Part shown: one piece after another, positions 1 through 7,327 of the stretch | Numbering within the stretch: the first letter of the stretch is position 1 | How the letters are laid out: each line of letters opens with the position of its first letter | Source: a virus | Taxonomy: Duplodnaviria > Caudoviricetes | Strand: one strand, 5' to 3' | Virus record (IMG/VR): IMGVR_UViG_3300032327_000688 | Coordinates: 1-27,646 of that record | DNA: 27,646 nucleotides | Notes under the pieces: generated by a model | What the model was told of the DNA's origin: nothing | What the model saw: only the letters and a program-made list of their open reading frames with translations | Database searches by the model: none | Translations under genes and position numbers: made by a program

Positions 1-435
1 GTAATGGCAACTAAAGGTAAAATTAATCCTATTGCAACTATTACAGGTGCTGGTATTATTAACTTTGGTCAATACACTCGTGCTAATGCAGCGTCATCAT
101 TAGACCGTATTAACGTAGCACGTTTGGTAGCATACCTACGTCGTCAGCTAGATGTATTAGCCCGTCCATATTTGTTTGAGCCAAACGACAAGATTACACG
201 TGGCGAAATTAAAAACGCTGTACAAAGCCTGTTGTTAGAATTAGTCGGTCAACGTGCATTGTATGACTTTATTGTGGTATGTGATGAATCAAACAATACA
301 GCGGCTCGTATTGATCGTTCAGAACTATGGGTAGACGTTGCTATTGAGCCAGTTAAGGCCGTAGAATTCATCTACATCCCAGTGCGTTTAGTTAACACTG
401 GCTCTATTCAAGCTGGTGATTTTACACTGTCTTAA
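1..435 (+). CDS. gp18: Contractile tail sheath protein, C-terminal part (gene starts before the window)
   Basis: Frame is open from base 1. It has the sheath C-terminal motifs RINVARL...FEPND...DFIVVCDESNNT...IDRSELWVDVAIEPVKAVEFIYI and lies directly upstream of the tail tube gene. Confidence 0.93.
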   Translation, partial: VMATKGKINPIATITGAGIINFGQYTRANAASSLDRINVARLVAYLRRQLDVLARPYLFEPNDKITRGEIKNAVQSLLLELVGQRALYDFIVVCDESNNTAARIDRSELWVDVAIEPVKAVEFIYIPVRLVNTGSIQAGDFTLS

Positions 436-441
436 TTAGAA

Positions 442-447
442 TAAATA
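442..447 (+). promoter_or_regulatory. Putative late promoter (TAAATA, T4 late-like) for tail tube
   Basis: ATAAATA in the intergenic gap, followed by SD AAGGAG and ATG 470. The same motif precedes most structural genes here. Confidence 0.65.
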
Positions 448-469
448 TTAAAGAACAAGGAGCACTAAG

Positions 470-1096
470 ATGCCAGTAGCAAGTTTAAGCAAATTAACAG
501 TACCATTACCCGCAGGGCAGAGTTCATCAAGCCAAGGCTTGTTGATGCCAAAACTAAAGTATCGCTTTCGTGTGACACTTCAAAATTTTGGTGTAACTAG
601 TCCTACAACTGAAATTACCAAACAGGTAATGACCGTGACTCGTCCTGATATTTCTTTTGAAAATATTGTAATGGACGTTTACAACAGCAAGATCAAGTAT
701 GCTGGTAAGCATACTTGGGCTGACGTTACTCTTGTTGTACGTGATGACGTATCTGGCGCAGTAAGCAAGTTAGTAGGTGAGCAGGTTCAGAAGCAGTTTG
801 ACTTCTTTGAACAAGCCAGTGCCGCTTCTGGTATTGACTACAAATTTACCACAATTGTTGAAATTCTGGACGGCGGTAACGGTGCATTTGAACCAACAGT
901 ATTAGAAAGCTTCGAATTAGAAGGCTGCTACCTACAGAAGGTCACATACGCAGGTGGAGATTACAAGTCAAGTGAAGCATTTGATATCAGCATGACAATC
1001 ACTTATGATAACGCAATCCAAACTAATGCTTCTGGTAACCCAGTAGGTATCGGTCAGAACGTTGGTCGTACCATCCGTACGTTGGCTACAGGCTAA
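470..1096 (+). CDS. gp19: Tail tube protein (T4 gp19-like)
   Basis: 208 aa, follows the sheath. Motifs PKLKYRFRV, RP.ISFE, YAGKHTWADVTLVVRDD, FELEGCY and ITYDNA are typical of myovirus tube proteins. Strong SD and a terminator follow. Confidence 0.88.
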   Translation: MPVASLSKLTVPLPAGQSSSSQGLLMPKLKYRFRVTLQNFGVTSPTTEITKQVMTVTRPDISFENIVMDVYNSKIKYAGKHTWADVTLVVRDDVSGAVSKLVGEQVQKQFDFFEQASAASGIDYKFTTIVEILDGGNGAFEPTVLESFELEGCYLQKVTYAGGDYKSSEAFDISMTITYDNAIQTNASGNPVGIGQNVGRTIRTLATG

Positions 1097-1135
1097 TCAA
1101 CCCCCTAATTACAAGGACATAGTCCGGCGATTAGT

Positions 1136-1164
1136 AAGACCCAGTTTTTTCTGGGTCTTTTTTT
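1136..1164 (+). terminator. Rho-independent terminator after tail tube
   Basis: Perfect 9-bp stem AAGACCCAG-TTTTTT-CTGGGTCTT followed by a T-run. Confidence 0.85.
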
Positions 1165-1168
1165 CAGC

Positions 1169-1174
1169 TAAATA
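1169..1174 (+). promoter_or_regulatory. Putative late promoter TAAATA, 5 nt before ATG 1180
   Basis: CTAAATA-TTATC-ATG, with no SD. Confidence 0.65.
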
Positions 1175-1179
1175 TTATC

Positions 1180-2934
1180 ATGCCATCCTTAGGATCCTAC
1201 CTCCAACCCGTACTAGACACCGGTATTCAACTGAAAGACTATGCTCATGCTAGTCGACTGTATGCCGACAATGTATTTGCGCTAACGCCTAAAGCGGGTT
1301 GGCTATATTACGTAGTTTTTGATATCGAGCCATTTGCGCTTACTGATGAAACCTGGGATAATCAACAACGAACAATGGAGGTTGGCATGTTGGTCAAATC
1401 AGCCGATCTTCCAAAATTTACAATGAATACTGAAGTGGTAAATCAGTACAACAGAAAAACAGTTATTCAAAAAAATATAACCTACAATCCGATCACTCTT
1501 GCACTACATGATGATCAATCTAACGTTACCCACAACATGTGGTTAAACTATTATAGGTATTATTTTTCTGATTCTAGACAAGGTGGTACTGGTCCCATTG
1601 GCACAGCTCGAGACAACACACCCGGAGCATTTGAAAATAACAAATATCTTCCACCTAACGGAATATTCAATCCCGTTAATTATGGTTTAAATTCAGAATT
1701 AGTAATTAGGCCATTTTTTAGATCAATTACAATATATCAGCTGAATAGAAAAATATTCACCAGCTTCAAGATAGTAAATCCCATAATACAATCTTGGGAA
1801 CACGATCGAGTAGATCAAACAGCAGGCTCTAAATTAGCAGAAAGCAAGATGTCTGTAATGTATGAAGCAGTATTTTATGGCACTGGACGAGTTAGAAAAG
1901 ACACACCCTCTGGATTTGCCATGTTCCACTACGATAATTCACCAAGTCCTCTAAGTATTGCTGGTGGGGGGAACAATTCTGTTTTTGGACCAGGTGGTGT
2001 TGTACCAGGAGCATTAGAATTGTTTGGAGATGTCAGCGGAGTACTTGATCCCGACTCTAGATCGAGTCCGTTGGATATTCTAGGAGCAGCAATTAAAGGC
2101 ACAAATCTAGTTCGTAACGCCAGAAACATTACCAGAGAAAGTCTGCGTACAGAAGGCTATGCTATTTTAAATAGAGAATTACGCAAGGCCAGCCAAGGTG
2201 GATTAAATGGGCTTGGCTTTAACCTGCAATTATTCAAAGATAGGCCGTTACTTGAGGGACAATTTTTAGGAACTCCGGTGGCAGTTGTTGCGGCACAGGG
2301 GATTGGTCAAGATTTTGCTGGTGGCACCACTACTCAGTCGCCAGTGTCAAATGGGACTGCTCCTACTTCAGCAAATTCAGCAGATGCTAGTGCTAGAGCA
2401 AACGCAGCCTTTGCAAACTCACAGGCAGCAATTGACGGAACAGAGCCAAATGCATCCACTACTGATAATGCTCCTGATGGTTCTACGCCTGCTGGTGGTG
2501 CTTACTTCCTACAACCACAACCGTTATCTGATACCGCCCCGTATCGAGATGATTTTATTGATGAATTAAGTGCTCCAGAGGACGTTGATCTAGCACTCAA
2601 TCAATTGAACGCATCGTGGGCAGCCGATAACGAGTACGTTAACAGTCAAAGTTTAAACCCTGATGAGGTCAACGCAAAATTAAGTTATCCCGAAATTAGT
2701 GATGCTGAACACGCTGCAATCAAAGCTGAATCTGATGCAGTATTCAATACCACTAGAGAGATTCAAGCAAGTGTTGATCGTAAGTATCAATCAGAATACA
2801 CTCGCCTTACAACATTGAAACAAAAGATAGCGTCAAATACCACAGGCAGTAACAATACGCAATCAGAACCAGATGCATCAAGTTCTGAACCAAGTCCAGA
2901 AAGTGACGCGGTACCACCAAGCAATGAAGAATAA
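1180..2934 (+). CDS. Tail tube-fold baseplate/tube-initiator-like protein with long low-complexity C-terminal extension
   Basis: N-terminal about 240 aa has a gp19/gp48/gp54-like pattern (LVKSADLPKFTMNTEVVNQYNRK...YNPITLALHDD...W.NYY...FKIVNPIIQSW.H...MSVMYE). The C-terminal half is Ala/Ser/Thr/Asp-rich. Confidence 0.6.
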   Translation: MPSLGSYLQPVLDTGIQLKDYAHASRLYADNVFALTPKAGWLYYVVFDIEPFALTDETWDNQQRTMEVGMLVKSADLPKFTMNTEVVNQYNRKTVIQKNITYNPITLALHDDQSNVTHNMWLNYYRYYFSDSRQGGTGPIGTARDNTPGAFENNKYLPPNGIFNPVNYGLNSELVIRPFFRSITIYQLNRKIFTSFKIVNPIIQSWEHDRVDQTAGSKLAESKMSVMYEAVFYGTGRVRKDTPSGFAMFHYDNSPSPLSIAGGGNNSVFGPGGVVPGALELFGDVSGVLDPDSRSSPLDILGAAIKGTNLVRNARNITRESLRTEGYAILNRELRKASQGGLNGLGFNLQLFKDRPLLEGQFLGTPVAVVAAQGIGQDFAGGTTTQSPVSNGTAPTSANSADASARANAAFANSQAAIDGTEPNASTTDNAPDGSTPAGGAYFLQPQPLSDTAPYRDDFIDELSAPEDVDLALNQLNASWAADNEYVNSQSLNPDEVNAKLSYPEISDAEHAAIKAESDAVFNTTREIQASVDRKYQSEYTRLTTLKQKIASNTTGSNNTQSEPDASSSEPSPESDAVPPSNEE

Positions 2935-2939
2935 AATTT

Positions 2940-3317
2940 ATGACATACTATAATAACTTACCTCAACCTTCTCAAACTGCAGATAGTTCTCAATCTACCT
3001 TACAGATTTTTGATGCGTACACTACAGTTCCGTTAAATATCGATGCTGCTACATTTGATGCTATGACTGGGTTTTTTGCCAGTAGAAAGTTTGGTGAGGA
3101 TGCTGCTAGAAGCATGGCCTATGTGATTATCAAACAGGCAATCTTAGATAGCTATAATCCGTTTGAGCTTATTGAAACTCTAAAAGGACTAAACACCGTT
3201 GAGCTTAGTTCCCTAATTATAGAAATATTAAATTACAATCGATATAAAACCAGTAGTCTAGGAACAGCATCACCATTTTCTCCTACGGAGGAAGTGGCTA
3301 GGAACATTGTAGCATGA
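2940..3317 (+). CDS. Hypothetical protein, probably virion/baseplate-associated
   Basis: 125-aa ORF tightly packed in the late operon, with an ATGA overlap with the next gene. Confidence 0.7.
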   Translation: MTYYNNLPQPSQTADSSQSTLQIFDAYTTVPLNIDAATFDAMTGFFASRKFGEDAARSMAYVIIKQAILDSYNPFELIETLKGLNTVELSSLIIEILNYNRYKTSSLGTASPFSPTEEVARNIVA

Positions 3318-3757
3318 GTCTAAAATATGCTCAAGGCAATTATACACTGAAGAACCCCGACAAGTATATTGGGCAAGGTACTCCTCGATATCGATCTAGT
3401 TGGGAAATTGCCGTGATGAGAATGTGTGATGAAAATGCTGCCATTCAACAATGGGCTAGCGAATCAATTAAAATTCCATATCGTGATCCACTAACTGGTA
3501 AAAATACTGTTTATGTTCCAGATTTTCTTGTTGTTTATGTTGATTCCAAACAAAAAAAACACGCAGAGGTGTGGGAGATCAAACCTCGCAATCAATCAGT
3601 ACTAGAAGCGGTGGGTAAGAATCAGTACAATCAAGCTCACTATATTAAAAATATGGCCAAGTGGACCGTAGCACGTCAATGGTGTGCTAAACAAGGACTG
3701 ACTTTTAGAGTCTTAAACGAATCGGATATTTTTCACATTGGTGCAAAAAAGCGTTAA
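3314..3757 (+). CDS. gp4: Head completion nuclease (T4 gp4-like, TnsA-type PD-(D/E)XK fold)
   Basis: Motifs KNPDKYIG, YRSSWE, WASE...IPY, YVPDF and EIKP, then N.AKW..A..WC...G.TFRVLNE. Confidence 0.88.
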   Translation: MSLKYAQGNYTLKNPDKYIGQGTPRYRSSWEIAVMRMCDENAAIQQWASESIKIPYRDPLTGKNTVYVPDFLVVYVDSKQKKHAEVWEIKPRNQSVLEAVGKNQYNQAHYIKNMAKWTVARQWCAKQGLTFRVLNESDIFHIGAKKR

Positions 3758-3760
3758 ATA
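3755..3760 (+). promoter_or_regulatory. Putative late promoter TAAATA, 5 nt before ATG 3766
   Basis: TTAAATA-AACAT-ATG; the motif overlaps the upstream TAA stop. Confidence 0.6.
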
Positions 3761-3765
3761 AACAT

Positions 3766-4245
3766 ATGACAAAAAAGTTGGAACAATTACTAGATTTGCC
3801 GCAAATAACAGAAGCTGAATTACTTGCTCCTCAAACCTCTACACCACCTGCAGTTATTGATCTACAAGAACAACTAGATCAATTTGATAAGATCAGCGGT
3901 GCTTTACCTAAAGTAGAAGGGTTAGGCGCAATGAGTGATTTAGAGCTAGATGGCTTGGCAGGTAAAGCTGAGCAAGCATTTGACGACCTAATGGATTTAG
4001 GTATGAATGTTGAAGCAAAGTACGGTAGTAGGATGTTTGAAGTAGCAGGTAACATGCTTAAAACCGCCGTAGATGCTAAATCAGCTAAAATTGACAAGAA
4101 ATTAAAGATGATTGAACTTCAGATCAAAAAGCTGGCTTTAGATAAAAAGAACACAGGGGAAAGTGAAGACCCTGTAGAGGGCAAGGGTTTCATCATTACT
4201 GACCGTAATAGCCTCCTTGAAAAACTTAAAAATGTTAATAAATAA
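3766..4245 (+). CDS. Putative terminase small subunit (gp16-like)
   Basis: 159 aa, helical. SRMFEVAGNMLKTAVDA resembles the gp16 PR.YEV.G.L.K motif, followed by a coiled coil and a C-terminal FIITDRNSLLEKL. Lies three genes upstream of the large terminase. Confidence 0.6.
   Translation: MTKKLEQLLDLPQITEAELLAPQTSTPPAVIDLQEQLDQFDKISGALPKVEGLGAMSDLELDGLAGKAEQAFDDLMDLGMNVEAKYGSRMFEVAGNMLKTAVDAKSAKIDKKLKMIELQIKKLALDKKNTGESEDPVEGKGFIITDRNSLLEKLKNVNK
4239..4244 (+). promoter_or_regulatory. Putative late promoter TAAATA
   Basis: ATAAATA at the end of the upstream gene, then SD AGGA and ATG 4263. Confidence 0.5.
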
Positions 4246-4262
4246 CATATCAGGAAAACAAT

Positions 4263-4835
4263 ATGAGATCATTTAAAGACTACCTAACCGAAAGCAAACG
4301 TACCTACGATTTTAAGGTAAAAATTGCTGGTGGATTTGCTCCAGAGCAAGAAGCCACAATGAAAGCTCTACTAGACAAGTACAAAATTATTGAATTTAAA
4401 AAAACAGGCCAAACTCCAGTACAGGCACTTCCACTAGACTTTCCTCGTCTTACAAATACAGAAGTTTGCATTTATGAAATTTCATTAGATTATCCTGTAG
4501 CAAGTCATGAATTGCAAAATTATCTAGGCAACGGTTTAAAGATTCTCGAACAATCTATTGTTGTTCGTAGACCAGGTGAACCATCAGAACAATATCAAGA
4601 GCCAGGCGAGAAACGTGAAGGCGCACTTTTAAGCGACGCAGAATATAAAGAATCACCAAACGTTGACAGCGATGACTACTATGGCGACAAATACAACACT
4701 AGTCTTATAAAGACATTAAACGATGACCTCAAAGCTCAACACAAGGCACGTGGTCAAGTTATCCCTAATGGTGATGACGGTAAGACCACCAATGAAGTAG
4801 CACAAAATAACCAGAGCCCAATTGGGTCAAAATAA
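4263..4835 (+). CDS. Hypothetical protein, putative internal head protein
   Basis: 190 aa. N-terminus MRSFKDYLTE-S resembles the T4 capsid targeting sequence MKTYQEFIAE. Confidence 0.65.
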   Translation: MRSFKDYLTESKRTYDFKVKIAGGFAPEQEATMKALLDKYKIIEFKKTGQTPVQALPLDFPRLTNTEVCIYEISLDYPVASHELQNYLGNGLKILEQSIVVRRPGEPSEQYQEPGEKREGALLSDAEYKESPNVDSDDYYGDKYNTSLIKTLNDDLKAQHKARGQVIPNGDDGKTTNEVAQNNQSPIGSK

Positions 4836-4847
4836 GGAAAATTAATC

Positions 4848-5681
4848 ATGCAGATGATCGACGTACTAAAGCGATTAGCCGAATTAGATTCTACTAATCC
4901 AACTGTAGAACAAACAATGACTCAAGAACAAAGTCTAGCCACAGTAACAAATATTGAAGGCGAGATAGTTGCTGAGTGTGGTCCAATGGGAATGAATCCA
5001 ATGAGCAGTATGGATCGCCCTTCAACTCCTGCGACATTTAGTATTAATGCATCTGCTGAATCAGGGGCAGAAGTTAGCTCAATGTTACGTGACATTATGA
5101 ACTTGGCAGGCGTTACACCGTCAATGGGCGACTTAGACCACGACGGCGATCACGACTTTGACGATCACAAAATTGAATTAGATACGCCCCGTTCACTAGA
5201 AGTAGGACCAATGAAATCCGCTGGTGATGAGATGGGCAGTTTAATTGGTATGGTTGATCGCATGAATGGTGATGATAGCGACTCAGAAAAAGAAGGGCTC
5301 GGAGGAGCATTGGCTGGCGGAGCAATTGGAGCATTGGCAGGCGGCCCATTAGGTGCGTTGACTGGTGCGGCTGCTGGCGATTCTTTAACAGATCCAGATC
5401 CAGAAGAGAAAAAAGAAGGTTCAGTTGCTAGGATGGCAGACGATGTTCGCGGTATGGCCGACAAAATGGCTGACGAAGGCATTGGCGCAGGATTTGACGC
5501 AGCAACTACTACTCCAGACGAGAAAGTTGAACCACACAAGTACGGCAATGATCAAGTAACACCAAAACCAAAAGAACCAGCCAAAGTCAACGGCGGCGGT
5601 AATCCTTACACAGAATCAGTAGAAGTACAATCAGTTAGCGCACAGCTACTCAAGGCCTACGCAGAATTTAAGAAACAATAA
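4848..5681 (+). CDS. Acidic low-complexity hypothetical protein with glycine zipper, putative prohead core/internal protein
   Basis: 277 aa with SD AAGGA. Contains a DLDHDGDHD motif and GLGGALAGGAIGALAGGPLGALTGAAAG, and is followed by a terminator. Confidence 0.7.
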   Translation: MQMIDVLKRLAELDSTNPTVEQTMTQEQSLATVTNIEGEIVAECGPMGMNPMSSMDRPSTPATFSINASAESGAEVSSMLRDIMNLAGVTPSMGDLDHDGDHDFDDHKIELDTPRSLEVGPMKSAGDEMGSLIGMVDRMNGDDSDSEKEGLGGALAGGAIGALAGGPLGALTGAAAGDSLTDPDPEEKKEGSVARMADDVRGMADKMADEGIGAGFDAATTTPDEKVEPHKYGNDQVTPKPKEPAKVNGGGNPYTESVEVQSVSAQLLKAYAEFKKQ

Positions 5682-5699
5682 GTAATTTTTAACAATATC

Positions 5700-5727
5700 A
5701 AATAGGCTCCACGGGGCCTATTTTTTT
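5700..5727 (+). terminator. Rho-independent terminator
   Basis: AATAGGCTC-CACG-GGGCCTATT stem (one G-U pair) followed by a T-run. Confidence 0.82.
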
Positions 5728-5730
5728 CAT

Positions 5731-5736
5731 TAAATA
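5731..5736 (+). promoter_or_regulatory. Putative late promoter TAAATA, 5 nt before terminase ATG
   Basis: TAAATA-CAAGT-ATG immediately after the terminator, with no SD. Confidence 0.68.
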
Positions 5737-5741
5737 CAAGT

Positions 5742-7319
5742 ATGGGAAAATCATTAGACGGCAACTTAATTAAGTCAGCCAATAAAAAACAAAGATTTAC
5801 CGAACAGGATCTCCAAGACATCGCATTATGTATGGAGGATCCTCACTATTTTCTCAAGAATTTTTTCTTTATTCAACATCCTACCAAAGGTAAGATGAAG
5901 TATGAAGCATTTGATTACCAAAAAGAATTATTAGACAGTTATAATGGACATCGATTTAGTGTAAACATGCTAGGACGACAAATGGGAAAGACGACCACAG
6001 CCGTGGGATATTTACTATGGTACAGCATGTTTGTGCCAGACTCGACCATACTAATTGCCGCACACAAGTACACAGGTGCTAAAGAAATTATGCAACGTCT
6101 ACGCTATGCGTATGAAACCTGCCCTGATCATATTCGTTGCGGAGTAACAAGTTATAACAAAGAATCAATAGAATTCGACAACGGATCACGTATTGTAGCA
6201 CAGACAACTACAGAAACAACAGGTCGTGGTATGTCACTATCTCTACTGTACTGTGACGAGTTTGCGTTTGTTCCGCCCAATGTGGCCTCAGAGTTCTGGA
6301 CTTCAATTTCGCCTACGCTGGCAACTGGTGGTAAGGCAATTATTACATCAACTCCAAACTCAGACGAAGATCAGTTTGCACAGATTTGGAATGAAGCCAA
6401 CAAACGATTTGACGAGTATGGTAACGAACAAGTAATAGGTCGCAACGGCTTCGCTCCGTACATGGCTATTTGGAGTCAGCATCCAGATCGTGATGACAAA
6501 TGGAAAGCTGAAGAAATGTCGCGAGTGGGCGAAGAACGCTTCCGTCGTGAACACAACTGCGAGTTCTTGGTATTTGACGAAACACTAATCAACTCAATTA
6601 GTCTATCTGATTTAGTACCGTCAGATCCCATCATGAACATGGGACAGGTACGCTGGTATAAAAAAATTGATCCAGATGCTACTTACATTATATCATTGGA
6701 TCCCTGCTTAGGTACTGGTGGAGATTATGCCGGACTTGAGATATTAGAAATCCCTACCCTTGAACAGGTAGCAGAATGGCATCATAACACTACCCCTATA
6801 CAAGCTCAGGTCCGCATCATGCGTGATATTGCTAAACACATCGATGAGCATTGTTCAGCTGCTGACAAAACTTCTAGTATCTACTATTCAGTAGAAAACA
6901 ACACCTTAGGCGAAGCCGCCCTAGTAGCAATTAACGAACTAGGTGAAGAAACATTTCCAGGGATGTTTCTAAGCGAGCCAATTAAAAAAGGGCATGTACG
7001 TCGTTTTCGTAAGGGATTCAACACAACTAACAAAAGTAAGATAGCGACCTGCGCCAAGCTAAAACAACTTATTGAAAGTAGATCCCTTAAAATACATTCT
7101 AAGCCCCTAATCAGTCAACTTAAAGCATTCGTTGCCAAGGGGCTAGGATTTGAAGCAAAAACAGGCGAACATGACGACTTAGTGGCGAGTTTATTGCTGA
7201 ATATACGCATGATTATGATGTTACAAGACTGGGATCCAGCTATATACGAAAAGATGCATGAACACGTATCAGACGAGCTAATTCTACCTCTGCCGATTTA
7301 CATGTCCGGATTAGTATAA
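5742..7319 (+). CDS. gp17: Terminase large subunit (T4 gp17-like)
   Basis: Walker A GRQMGKTT, Walker B LLYCDEFAF, coupling motif TSTPN, and an RNase H-like nuclease (ISLDPCLGTGGDY...VENN...HDDLV). Confidence 0.95.
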   Translation: MGKSLDGNLIKSANKKQRFTEQDLQDIALCMEDPHYFLKNFFFIQHPTKGKMKYEAFDYQKELLDSYNGHRFSVNMLGRQMGKTTTAVGYLLWYSMFVPDSTILIAAHKYTGAKEIMQRLRYAYETCPDHIRCGVTSYNKESIEFDNGSRIVAQTTTETTGRGMSLSLLYCDEFAFVPPNVASEFWTSISPTLATGGKAIITSTPNSDEDQFAQIWNEANKRFDEYGNEQVIGRNGFAPYMAIWSQHPDRDDKWKAEEMSRVGEERFRREHNCEFLVFDETLINSISLSDLVPSDPIMNMGQVRWYKKIDPDATYIISLDPCLGTGGDYAGLEILEIPTLEQVAEWHHNTTPIQAQVRIMRDIAKHIDEHCSAADKTSSIYYSVENNTLGEAALVAINELGEETFPGMFLSEPIKKGHVRRFRKGFNTTNKSKIATCAKLKQLIESRSLKIHSKPLISQLKAFVAKGLGFEAKTGEHDDLVASLLLNIRMIMMLQDWDPAIYEKMHEHVSDELILPLPIYMSGLV

Positions 7320-7322
7320 ATA
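7315..7322 (+). promoter_or_regulatory. T4-type late promoter TATAAATA, 5 nt before ATG 7328
   Basis: Full T4 late consensus TATAAATA overlapping the terminase stop codon. Confidence 0.7.
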
Positions 7323-7327
7323 TACAA

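Noticed and set aside
1062-1253. 63-aa plus-strand ORF bridging the tube gene and the next gene
   Set aside because: It crosses a clear terminator and promoter and overlaps two real genes out of frame.
3314-3757. TnsA-like nuclease as evidence of a Tn7-like transposon
   Set aside because: Size, motifs and position among morphogenesis genes fit the T4 gp4 head completion family, and there is no tnsB/tnsC or terminal repeat.
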